From Anthoceros angustus (lineage: Eukaryota > Plantae > Anthocerotophyta), in contig MU008164.1 of assembly GCA_010909165.1 (NCBI GenBank), forward strand, positions 992,001 through 1,056,000: a stretch of 64,000 nt of DNA, in the 5' to 3' direction. Made by a program: the position numbers and the translations under genes. The notes under the pieces were generated by a model that worked only from the letters and a program-made list of their open reading frames with translations, was not told the origin of the DNA and searched no databases. Shown here piece after piece: positions 53,091 through 64,000 of the stretch; the stretch's first letter is position 1, and the number at the start of each line of letters is the position of its first letter.

Positions 53091-53948
53091 TTACTGATAT
53101 ACAGGATTTGGTGCATAATGGAATGAGCACCCTATTACTGCAATTACAGTCTCTGCTGGTCTAACACAATCTCCTCTGGTTGGTATCTCAATGTAATTTC
53201 TTACCAAGTTCATCAGACAACGTTGACATGCAAAACTCTCCATCATGTCAGGTTCTCTATATGTGCATGTAGCTGCGTAATAGAGACTAGCAATATTATT
53301 ATAAGGACTAGCATTCGGCCCTGCAACTGATCCCAATCCTGATGCAGCCCAAGTTTTAGAAAAAGTTGGAGGATAACTGTCCATGGCCTTGCTGACAAGT
53401 GCCCGAATTGTTGAATCCCATGTTTGATCAAGTTGAGGGGTATAACATAGCTGCATAACATATGTACCTATTGGCGGGGAGCCCTGAGGCGGTTGTCGTG
53501 GATCTCTATCATATGGTGATCTATCATATGGAGGTCGATCATATGGGGGCCTATCATATGGGGGCCTATCATATGGCGGTCTATCATATGGCGGCCTATC
53601 ATATGGTTGTCTTCTAGTCCCTTCTGGAGGTACGTCCAAGTCTTGAGGAGGTGTACCTCTTGGTATTGGCCTTGGAGTGTTGTATGGGTCTGGAGGAGTG
53701 TTGTATGGTACCTGGAATCCTCCTGGTGGTGGAATATCATAAGGTGAGATAGGAGGCGGGTTATATGGCGTTGGTGGTGAGGTCTGGTAAGGGGAGACTG
53801 GAGGCGTATCATATGGAGACATTGGTGGCGTATCACTCGTTATTGGTATGTCAAGTGGCGGTCCCTCAGTTGCTTGAGCTTTTACTGACATAATGAAATA
53901 AGCATTTGATACCAACAAGATTGCACAAAGATACATTTTACACTCCAT
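53091..53948 (-). CDS. Secreted Pro/Tyr-rich protein with a C-terminal Gnk2/DUF26-like Cys domain
   Basis: Signal MYLCAILLVSNAYFIMSVKA, PPYD/YDRPP repeats, and C-terminal ATC-x12-CQRCL...GDC...GCSFHYAPNPVY resembling the DUF26 C..CxxC...C...C.L.Y pattern. Intronless, AT-rich context. Confidence 0.65.
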   Translation of the reverse strand: MECKMYLCAILLVSNAYFIMSVKAQATEGPPLDIPITSDTPPMSPYDTPPVSPYQTSPPTPYNPPPISPYDIPPPGGFQVPYNTPPDPYNTPRPIPRGTPPQDLDVPPEGTRRQPYDRPPYDRPPYDRPPYDRPPYDRPPYDRSPYDRDPRQPPQGSPPIGTYVMQLCYTPQLDQTWDSTIRALVSKAMDSYPPTFSKTWAASGLGSVAGPNASPYNNIASLYYAATCTYREPDMMESFACQRCLMNLVRNYIEIPTRGDCVRPAETVIAVIGCSFHYAPNPVYQ

Positions 53949-54652
53949 ACCTTCTATAAGACTTGGAAATAAAAATTCTTTGAACAAAATCAATAAAATG
54001 AAATGAGAAGCAATGAAACTACAATGTATGTCTTCCTCACAAAATAACGTGGATCAGTTTCACAAATACAATATGGGTGACACTTGCCTACAAAAAGATA
54101 CCACAAAGACTTGAAGGAATAATATTTACATGTGAATCAAGAAAAGAGCACAAAGACTTAGAGGAATAAAGACTTCGAATATTAACAAAGGTGGTTCAAC
54201 AAACTTGGACATCACTCACGCGAAAGGATATTGGACGTAAGAGGTTTTATATCAAAATAAGACAGATAAGTAAAATTATCAGAGAGGAAAACCGAACCAC
54301 CTATACAAATACAGAGTGTATTGTGCAACGGTGGTCGAAAGTAAAGGAAAGCGAAACGTTACGCAGGCAAGGTTGCCCTAAATTGGCGTGAACGCAGGGC
54401 CATATACATTTCAGTGCGTGAACCGTGCTCGTCTGCCACCTCCCTGGGATAGGGAACTTACGAAAGTCACAATCAGGAATCAGGGTGATACGAAATCGGG
54501 GACCGGAGGCTGCTGGCAGCCGAGGTGTTCAGGTATCTCATTCCACTTTTTCATTGCAGGCACCTGGATCGCCGCAATGCATACCAACTACTACTATACT
54601 AGTCTGATCTTTCAGAGATGTTTGGACTCTATCTACCAGAAGATGAATCACC

Positions 54653-57252
54653 TTACCAATAGTCATTACAGGAACACTTGCCGTCCTTGAAGTGATGAAA
54701 CCTGTTGTTATCCCTAGCTATGATTTCCCTCCCTGTGAGCTTCGTGACAGCCTTGGTCCAGTCATGGCAGTCTATACACACCCGCAGATTCTTGAAAACC
54801 CGAATGGGAGCTGGGGCGGGGATGTTCAGCAGACCGAAAGCAATGGCCAGTTTCTCACTATGGTACTCTGCGTTGTCCTCTAAGTTGCCTTCCCCTCCCT
54901 CCTGTTCAATGACACGCCGGCTGTGGCGAGGATACTTCCTAATGGGACCCTTCTGTGACCCTGGTGGTGGCCTCGGTGGAGGAGGGATGTAATCTGGTTC
55001 TATCCGGCCATCTGGATTGAGTTTCTTCTTCTCCCTGATTTCCTTCAAAATCTCATCGATGACTTTGTTCACGGGTTCCATCTCCTTCAAGCTGATCTCC
55101 TTTTGCGTGAGCTTCTTTGAACCCGTCAGTGAGCCCTCAATGACATCATCCAAAATGGCACCAGACGAAGCTGCAGATGAGGCAGAGGACTTCAACTTGA
55201 TTGGAGCCTTCAAAATCTCCAGGTGTCTCTGCATTTCAGGAGAGAGCTCCTTCTTCGGTTTTGCAGATGCTCCATTCTCCGGTGTCGGGTCAGAATCTGA
55301 TGCATTGCTTGCTGCGGCCTCAACTTTCTCAGCTGGAGGAGATGCCAGACGGGTCTCCAGTGGTTTAGCTGCACTCAAAGGGGATGCCAATGTTGTAGCT
55401 GCACTTGACGGGGATGCCAATGGTGTAGCTGCACTTGAAGGGGATGCCAATGGAGTAGCTGCATTTAGCGGGGACGCCCATGGTGTAGCAGGTGTCACTG
55501 GAGAGGACACAGCTGAAGGGGGTGCCGGGGGAGTAGCAGGTTTAGCAGGAGAGGGTATCCCAGCTAATATCTGCCTTGCTCTCTCTTCTCTAGCTGCTTG
55601 TTCCTCCGGAGAAACAGCAGTTTGCCCAGGTCTGCCTACTGTAGGCTGCACTCTATCTTGATAACCACTCATGGGACCCGGTCTTGCTCCTTGAGGCACT
55701 GTCGGTTGTGCCCATGCCTCATTTTTACCGGCAGAATCCAATACTGTAGGCTGCACTATGTCTTGATAACCACTGATAGGACCTGGCCTTGCTGCTTGAG
55801 TCACTGTGGGTTGCGCCCATGCCTCACTTTGACCAGCAGAATCCAATACACTCGACGGCTTTGAAGGATTGACGCTCACATCCGACTTAATATTCTCCTG
55901 CTTCACAGCTTCATCGACAGAAAGCTTGGACCCTGTTCCAACACTAGTTCCCAGGGGTGCAGCAGGCTGCACAACTCTGCTCTTACCGAATTCGCCTGCA
56001 AGAATCTGTCTCGCCAACTCGTCTCTTCTTGCCTGTTCCTCTGGAGATACGGCAGGCCTTCCTCTTCCACCTAACGACACAGTAGGTTGGACTCTCTCTC
56101 TGTAACCACCAATAGGTCTAGCCAGAATCTCCCGTGCTCGTGCATCACGAGCCTCCTGTGTATCATTCGGGTCTGCAGGACCTACTGATGACCTGCTCTC
56201 CTGACTCTGCACCCCCGGGCTGTTACCCCACTGGGAACCGTTTACAGCTTCACCTGCATTCCCCACTCCACCACCTTGTGAGAATCCCTGGTTAGGCGAC
56301 CTGAATCCTGGATTCCCGTAGCCCCCCTGGTTTCCATACCCTCCCTGGTTCCCATACCCCCCCTGGTTCCCATACCCTCCCTGGCTCCCATACCCTCCCT
56401 GGCTCCCATACCCTCCCTGGCTACCATACCTCCTGGTTCCCATACCCCCCCTGGTTCCCATACCCTCCCTGGCTCCCATACCCTCCCTGGCTCCCATACC
56501 CTCCCTGGCTACCATACCCTCCCTGGTTCCCATACCCCCCCTGATTCCCATATCCCCTAGGAGGCGGCCTGCTTGGTGGCGGTAACTGAGCAAGCTCCCC
56601 TTTCACCCAAGTAGGAGTAGTTGAGCTCTCAACCCACAACTGTTCTCTCGTCCCTTTCTTCACAAAGTCAGGGTCACTAGGATACCTCTGTACACATCAA
56701 CAAACACCAACAACCATAAGCAACCGCAAACCTTTAATCCACCTCAACAAGTACAAAATGCCAGTGCAAAGCAGACAGCAAGCTAACGCTTGGCTCACCT
56801 TCCTAGACCTATCATCCCACCACTGCGACGGATTCGAGAAGTACAAGCGCCAGAGCTTCTCCGCATTTTCCTTCTCATCTGCAGGCCACAAAAAACGTTG
56901 CAGCACAGAACACCCCGGGAATAACCCAATCGCATTCACTCCCCCTTCACCACAACCACGTACCCTCTATGGAGTTCCCGAAGGGCGAAGACGCAGGGCT
57001 CGGAATCGACTGGGTCCCAAATCCGTCCACCCCTGGAGCCCCGCCATCGACATCCAGCTCCGCCCTGGCCAGGGCAGTCCGGGAAGCAGGTCGAGAAACC
57101 CCGTACCGCAGCCGCACCCCGCTTCTGAGCCTCAACCCCTCAGCTTGGCGCAGGCGCAGGCTGCGGCGCCTGGTTCCAGCTGATGGCGGGCACAAACTCA
57201 CAGCCTTACACACAACTGCCCCGGCACTGCACACTGTGCCAGCTCCCGCCAT
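54653..57252 (-). CDS. Transit peptide - PDF motif - GYG(N/S)QG repeats - Pro/Ala-rich linker - DYW deaminase C-terminus; no PPR motifs; exons 57252-56964, 56878-56799, 56687-54653, with a 2-nt frameshift near 56430
   Basis: Same intron positions and phases as the 43517 paralog. PDF motif [22 protein letters not shown]|[21 protein letters not shown]-terminus [13 protein letters not shown]...[14 protein letters not shown]...[23 protein letters not shown]. Confidence 0.8.
56310..56560 (-). repeat. Coding 18-bp repeat, about 14 x GYG(N/S)QG
   Basis: CCATACCCTCCCTGG(T/C)T units. One unit at ~56430 lacks two G on the coding strand. Confidence 0.9.
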
Positions 57253-57589
57253 CTCCTGAGCCCAGACCCTTTGCACTTCCTTCACGCGCCAGCAGCAGGA
57301 CACGGGAACAAAAACCTCACAATCTAGCCGACAGGACACACACAAGGGTTGCATTCACACAGGGAAATGCAGCACGTTACCATGAATCTCTCGAGTCCGC
57401 AGCTTCTCTAGCCTAGGCTACAGCGCCCACATCCCGGATCAGGCCCAGATGCAGCTCCCGGCTGCTTCGATCCCTTACGCCTTCGTGAGCTTCGGTGACG
57501 GCGGGACGAAAGGTTTAAGGTAGAGAGAAGCTAAAACCCTACCCTTGGCAAAAATATCTCCAATGAGGAAGCCTCTAGTCGTTCGGCTC

Positions 57590-57880
57590 CATCTCATCAC
57601 TCCTCTGGACATGCATGCCAAATGTGGGGGCTACAAGGTGAATGCGGAGTCTTGGACATTGTACCTAGTGTTGAGGAAAAGTGTGCTGACGTTCAATGCG
57701 ATGATTCCAGGCTACGTGCGGCATTGACGTCTTCAAGAGGCTTTTGAAGTGTGCTGAAGCTTGTGGAAGCTTATTAGCATCATCCAGGAGGGTAGGCAGG
57801 TGCAAGCTTACCGAACATTAGAGTCAGATATGTTTGTGGGTAGTGCATTGGTGGACAAATCTGCTAAATGTGGGGGCGTT
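57590..57880 (+). pseudogene. Short PLS-PPR relic
   Basis: LDMHAKCGG, SVLTFNAMIPGYVRH, IQEGRQVQA..LESDMFVGSALVDKSAKCGG, with stops and frameshifts. Confidence 0.75.
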
Positions 57881-58604
57881 TCTCCTGTATCCCTCCGTGG
57901 TCCAGGTTGGAGTACCCTTGGCCCTCGGCCTGCTGCCCTCTATATCGAGCTTGTATGTCCATGTGACGATTCTCATATTTACGTCCAGCAGCCAATTTGC
58001 AGATTGTCCACATGCAGACCCCAATCTTGATATGAAATCCTACCAGGAAGTCCAAGGCACGATTCGAAACAATGGTGCCCAACAGGCGTTGCTGTGATTA
58101 CCAGTGGAATAGTCATGCATTTGCTGTGATTGTTGGATGCCCAGACTGCCATGATGTACGTGCTGAGGCCTCTGCTGCGAGAGCTTGGCTGTCCCCAGGC
58201 TGAGGAGTGGGTCCGAAGATGGAAGAATTATGTGTAGAAAGGGCGCTTGAGGACCTCTCGCTTGAAACTGATGCAGATGAATTGTGAGTTGCCGGGCATG
58301 TGACCTTGTCAGCTGCTGCTGTAGCCTTAGAAACAACTGTCCCTGTAGGTTTTGAAGGTGGTGGAAGGGGAGCCTGAACCATAGTCGGGACTCCGGCAGT
58401 CCAGCTGAACTCGGGACTCTGCAGGTATTCTTTTACTTGGCTCCTGACCACGAAACCGCAAGGCAAAGGTTGCAGGCTCCAAAGAAGCTAAGAAATTTTG
58501 AGTCAGTTAACACACGGACACCAACACAACAACACTCAGGATGGGAAACTGTGTGAGCAGAAGGGCAAACCGAGACCGGCCATTCTCGTACTTCTACTGC
58601 CAAG

Positions 58605-58780
58605 CCTTTGAACAGTGGTCTTTTATTCTGGCTACCACCATCATCCATGTCTGGGGGATGTTACCTTTGAACAGTGGTCTTCTATCCCGGCTACCACCAT
58701 CATCCATGTCTGGGGGATGTTACCTTTGAACAGTGGTCTTCTATCCCGGCTACCACCATCATCCATGTCTGGGGGATGTT
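58605..58780. repeat. 59-bp tandem repeat, 3 copies
   Basis: CCTTTGAACAGTGGTCTTCTATCCCGGCTACCACCATCATCCATGTCTGGGGGATGTTA starts at 58605, 58664 and 58723. Confidence 0.95.
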
Positions 58781-59629
58781 GTAACGGTAACAAACAGGCT
58801 TCCATTATATGTCCGTACATTTTTATTAAGGATTGCTTATTAGCGTGGCATAAAAAGAGTAGCCAGGAATTTGCCAGCAATATGGTCTGCCACGTTTGTT
58901 GTTTATTATGTTTGTATGTACAAAATACAATAGCTTCCATAATATTGCGCATTGGACACTATGCTTTTTTTCACTGCAGGGCCCTTGTTATACCATATTG
59001 TTACATAAACTTATATATTTAAAATATTCTATCATAATAAAAATTTATTTTTATTTCCATAATATCATCTAACGCGTTTGACAAGAGTCAATAGGTTGTC
59101 TATGGAATACCATGGAATACCGAAGTCGTCACGGGCAGGTTGTGTGTCAAAGGTTTTTTCATGTTGAGGCATGTTCAACATTCCTTCATCATATATGGGC
59201 CACATCATCGCACGACAGGCCGTAGGCGGCAGAAATCTTCTTGTCTCGCAACTTGCACTGTGTTGTTCGGCTATCGTCATCTAGTTTTATTCCTGCCATT
59301 TGGTGTTTTTGTGATACACACATACACATATTTAGGGTTCACCTGGACCACACATGGACAAATGTATATGTCAGACATGTCTCGCCCCCGCACGAAGGCC
59401 CCGAATGTGCGCATGTTACACGTTCAAGAGTGTGTTTTCCTCTCACCTTCGTGCGACCGGATGTTCGCATGGTACATGTTCAAGAGTGTGTTTTCCCCAC
59501 CGTGCATTTGGCTTGCGTGCCAAACAAGCTGACCAACCAAGATAATGCCTAAGGATGCAAACCGTGCAAAGGTTCCTTCCTCTCACCGCTTCTCCAATGA
59601 AACTTCTCCAACGAGAGCGTCGAGCAGCA

Positions 59630-61200
59630 TGTAAATGTGTTCAGGTCCTTGCGAGCCAAGCTCTCCGGCAGCGGCACCGTAATCAACGAGCTTCAGGCAG
59701 CAGTCGCTCTTCTAACATCTCTTCCTCCATCATACAGGAACTTTGTTAGTTCACAGAACGCCGCACTAAGACAGGCCATTCAAGCTACAGGAGCAAACGT
59801 ACCCCCAGCATACACGTTCTCCGACGTTGTAGCAGCCCTGCTAGAGGAGGAGTCCAGCAGGATCGGCACCTCACGTTCCAGCACAGGAACAAACCACGCT
59901 CTCTTCTTGTACAGAGGAAGAGGCAACAGGCGAGGAGGCACCGGAGGCGGTCGAGGAGCTTTCCCAAGAGGAAGAGGCCAGCCCTCTGCAAGCTTTTCAA
60001 CATTTCCCAATCGACAATTCTCGCAAAACAAGCAGTTTGACAAGAGGTCACCAAGGAGCCCGAATCGTGTAAAACTTGGCCACTATGAGAGCGAATGCAA
60101 AAAAAGGTGCGAATCAAGGAAACCTCCAGAAACGAGTCCCATCTCACAACAACAGCTAAGCCTTCACCAGCCAACTCAATTTTAGCAGTCTGCCTCACAC
60201 TTACCCGTACAGATACAAGTCGCTGGTTCTTAGATTCCGGGGCCACAACCCATATCTGCAGTTGTCGAGACATGTTCACTTCATACCACACTGTCCTCTC
60301 AGACCAACACGTCCTCCTAGGGGACGACAGCGCCCTCTCTATCCACGGATCAGGGCAAGTCCAGCTTCGTTTATCCACCGGTGAATACCTTACCATAAAC
60401 GGTGTCCTCCACGTCCCTGCCATGACCAAAACCTCTCAGTACGAAAGCTAGCAACCGAACATGATCTCACCATAACTTTCCAAGGAAACCACTGCACGAT
60501 TTGCCATAGTCAGGACCCCAGTCAGGTAGCCTTAGCTCATGGTCTCCCTTTCAACGACCTGTACCTTCTCAACATACAGTCCACATCCCTCCTAGTCGAC
60601 ACGAGTGCGTGAAGAAAAGCCATTCAGAGGCAGTCGTACATTTCTCAATGTGCTTCACAGTTTCCCTAATCAAGGTCATTGAACATTACTTCTACATGAA
60701 TGTTTCTGTACATGAAGACTGCGCAAGGACATAGCATTCTACAATTCAGCCTTCAAGAAGCTACACATGCATGTCAAGTCCTAACACAGAGCATCCATAC
60801 ACTGGATGAGCATGATACCACCCTACGACATTTTCCAGCCCCCCCACTTGCCCACACAACCAAGCCAGTCCCTTGGTCAACATTAGACCGTGCTAGTATG
60901 CAGTAACGAAGACAAGACAGACTTTTGCTAGAGATCTGCATGTCCATCACCTCCTCCATGAAGCCCACTACAAAGCTCCATAGCCTGCCAAATTGCCTCA
61001 CACCATCTGTGACCTAATGTCACCTGGACACACTTCGTGCCTGAAGCCGTGGTACCAACTACCACTGTCCCAGGTAGAGAAAAAAGATGGACATCTGCTT
61101 ATTGGCCTGCAAGTACTCCACCATATACTCGCAAGCATGACACTAGTCCAGGTTCGTCCGCGATCAAGGACTCCCTACACAAGCAGCAACAGCATGTCTA
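59630..61200 (+). mobile_element. Ty1/Copia gag-protease(-integrase) remnant
   Basis: ALLTSLPPSYRNFV, TFSDVVAALLEEE (gag), KLGHYESEC (zinc knuckle), WFLDSGATTHIC...VLLGDDSALSIHGSGQV...VLHVP (protease). Weak integrase-like EKKDGHLL near 61080. Confidence 0.85.
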
Positions 61201-61247
61201 GTGAATTCGTGCTACGCCTTAGACACATCCACACACAGAGGAGTCAT

Positions 61248-61730
61248 TGTGAATGGTATTGGTGAGTGGAATGCAGTCATAGCCCACCTGTGCCGCCATC
61301 CCCCTCCTTGTCCCTTGCTATTATCATCATGCATGCGGGCTGTGGTGCACCATGCGTGAGGGACTTGCGGCCCAGCTTTGAGGCTCTTCCAGGAGTGAGT
61401 GGGGTGTAGGATGTAGAGAAGTCTTTTGTGCACTCCCACCATGAGGTGGGAGCGCTGATCGTGTGGAATTCTTATTTGTGTCGAATTGAGGCATGAGCCT
61501 AGTGGTGCTTTGTTTTGGGTCGAATGTATGTGTTTCGGTCGCATATGGACCTGGATCGATTGCTGTAGTACGGATTGAATAATTGGCTGAGCAGATGCGC
61601 TCAATACATGAGGGCTATGCCCAAGCGTCATGTGTCTGTAACCGTCTCGGTGTCGGTTCGATATGGTGCCTATTACGTATCCGCCTTAATCCGAATCGTG
61701 CCCTAAGGGCTAGTGTGCTATATCTTAACA
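61248..61730 (-). mobile_element. Probable 3' LTR of the minus-strand Copia
   Basis: Begins TG immediately after the polypurine tract AGTGGGAG. The proposed CA end at 61248 is uncertain. Confidence 0.5.
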
Positions 61731-63450
61731 CTCCCACTTAGCGCCTAGCTCTTAGGTTCTATGACTTTTCTTAAGCTATTGAATGTATGCTAAGCTTCTT
61801 AGTCCCATGTTGAATGAATGTTCTTGATGCTTCACTTTGCTGAGTGCCTTTGTTAGCACGTCTGCTGTCATCTGCTCCGTTGGGCAGTAAAGCACCGTGA
61901 ATTTGCCGTCGTTGACAACTTGTTTTATGAAATGAAATTGTACCTCCACGTGTTTAGTTCGAGCGTAGAATTTGGAGCTGTAGGTTAGCGAAATAGCACC
62001 CTGATTGTCGCAGTGCAAGGGTCTTGGTATTTGCTGGATTTCTCCTAACTCCGCGAGCTCGTAAAGCTGCCAGAGTCCTTCCTTACATGCATGGGTTAAG
62101 GAGCGTTACTCGCCTCCGTGAGCCGAGTGAGACTGCTTGTCGCCGCTTGTCGCCAAATTTTATCACGTCCCACGAGTAAGAAGACGTAGCTACTTATGCT
62201 CTTTCTGTTGTCCTTGTTGCCGACCCAGTCAGTGTCACTGAACCCCTCGAGTTGTAAATGTTGGTCCTGTTGGATTTGAGAATGATAGAGCAGTCCCATA
62301 TCCGAGGTTGCTCTCAAATATCTGAAGATCCTCTTTACTACCTTCCAATGAACTTGAGTAGGAGCAGATAAAAACTTAGATAAAGCTCCCACTGAAAATG
62401 CATGGTCTGGTCTAGTGCAGACCATTAAATACATTAAACTTCTGAGAGCGGAAGAATAGGGCAGCGCTTCGGTGCTATGATCATTGGCTTCATGTTATTG
62501 ATCATCATCCTCAGTTAGCTTTTGGTTAGTTTCCATAGGTGTAGAAATAGGCTTAGAGTCTATCATCCTGTACTTAACTAGAATTTCTTGTATATATTTA
62601 GACCGATGGATAAATAAACTTCTAGCCTTCCTATCTCTAACAATTTGAATCCCTAGGCAAAAGGAAAGCTCTCGACATGTGGTCATCGAGAATCGCTCAG
62701 CAAGCATCATGCGAGTATTTTCTAGGATATGCTTTGAGTTAGACGTGAGAACGATATCATCGACGTAGACCCCTAGAACAATGAAGTGACCATTAAGTCT
62801 ATTGATATAGATATTGCTATCTGAGCTTAGTCTAGTGAAGCCTAAGTCCTGAAGGGTGACATCTAATTTTTCATACCATTCAAGAGCACTTTGTTTGAGT
62901 CCGTAAAGTGCTTTTAGTAATTCATAGGCATTAAACTGATTGTCCTTAACTTGTATACCTTCAGGTATTTCCATGTAGATCTTGTGTTTGAGATCGCCGT
63001 ATAGGAAGGCTGTTTTGGTATCTAACTGCATCAACTCATAATCATGGTGAGCAGCTAAAGCCATTAGGATCCTTAATGAGGTAATTTTAAGTACCGGGCT
63101 AAAAGTCTCGTCAGAGTCGGCCGTGTTTCATGAAAATTTTTAGCGACTAATCTAGCCTTGTACCTCTCTATGATGCCGTCAGCATTTAGCTTAATCTTAA
63201 AGGTCCACTTAGAGCCAACTAACTTCCTACCCTTAGGTAATGTAGTCAGTTTCCAAGTTTTATTAGCTCTTAATGAATCTAATTCTGACCTGATGGCTTT
63301 CTTCCAGTTCTCCTTTTCGAGCCAAGTGATGGCCTCCTGATAGCTAGCTGGAACAAATTGATCTATAGCTGCGGTAAGACAATATGCTAAAGTGTTTTTA
63401 GGGTCTCTCCAATTAGTAGGAGAGTACCTGTGTATTTTGAGGGCATTGGT
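61731..63450 (-). mobile_element. Ty1/Copia RT-RNaseH remnant
   Basis: WKKAIRSELDSL..NKTWKL..LPKGRK.VGSKW.FK.K, QLDTKTAFLYGDL, LKALYGLKQS, GVYVDDI, YLMVCTRPD, FSDTDW, CDNQGAI...RTKHVEVQFHFIK, QMTADVLTKAL. Confidence 0.95.
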
Positions 63451-64000
63451 ACGCTGAGAGCAACTTCCCCTAGTGTCATTAGTGCTATCAGGTTGTTGTG
63501 GTAGATCGTCAATGGTGTCCTCAAAATCAAGGTCTTCCTATCCGGCATTATCTGTTATATTTGGAATATCAGAAATAGGATAATTATCATAAATATTTCT
63601 ACTTGCCTTTGGGGTGCCGGGATAATGTCGGGATAGGCCTTGACTATTGTGTGGTTGAGGTACCGGGGCTTCATTTGCCGTATGCGGAGGAGAACCCGCG
63701 TCCATCTGTGTATGTCGTATCCCGTCCGTGGCTGCCTCTGAGCCGTGGGGTGCGTTGGTGAAGAGATCGCCTCGCGGCTTGCTTGTGAGGTGCGCCGGCC
63801 TATTTGCAGCCATGGGGCTGCGGCCGATGCAGGTCGGCCTGATCCCTTGCGTGCGCGCTGTGGAGAGGTGTCCGCATGCGCGCCAGGCAGTCCGTGGACG
63901 TGCGCGCCTGAAGATGAGGCGCGCGCGCCCGCATTGTGGCCGCTGCTTAGACCGCCGTGGTGAGCGCCTGCAGGGCTGTCCGATTGAAGATTTGCTTGCT

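Noticed and set aside
55017-56105. Plus-strand ORFs opposite the PDF-DYW gene
   Set aside because: Antisense shadows with no independent motifs.
58113-58466. Minus-strand ORF (QVKEYLQSPEFSW...)
   Set aside because: No recognisable family, no ATG start, Ser/Pro low complexity.
58605-58780. CRISPR or structured-RNA array
   Set aside because: Plain head-to-tail 59-bp repeat without spacers. The overlapping ORFs only translate the repeat.

Overview
Eukaryotic nuclear DNA from a non-seed land plant. This is inferred from short GT/GC-AG introns, PLS-class PPR/DYW sequences and a PKA regulatory subunit, which flowering plants lack. A hornwort- or lycophyte-like compact genome is plausible but not provable here. 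1-19 kb is mostly transposon-derived: a palindromic repeat array, a disabled gene encoding a ParB-like domain plus a beta-class N4C/N6A DNA methyltransferase, a CRE-like LINE, a deleted pogo element and a rearranged PIF/Harbinger, with one long disordered-protein gene among them. 19.6-44.5 kb is gene-dense: organellar MetRS with an internal 1539-bp tandem duplication, PKA-R, a PPR pseudogene, a degenerate GH17-X8-GPI protein, SWIM-RING, BAG, an ANU10-like gene and a PDF-motif (OSB-type) protein. 45-57 kb holds four tandem copies of a small secreted Cys-rich pre-pro-peptide gene, a Pro/Tyr-rich DUF26 protein, and a second inverted PDF paralog fused to a C-terminal DYW deaminase domain with no PPR tract. 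59-64 kb is Copia debris. Top candidates for new biology are the PDF-DYW fusion, the diversifying Cys-rich peptide array and the ParB-methyltransferase element. Several frameshifts fall in homopolymers and may be assembly errors. All family assignments are by motif recognition; no database searches were run.
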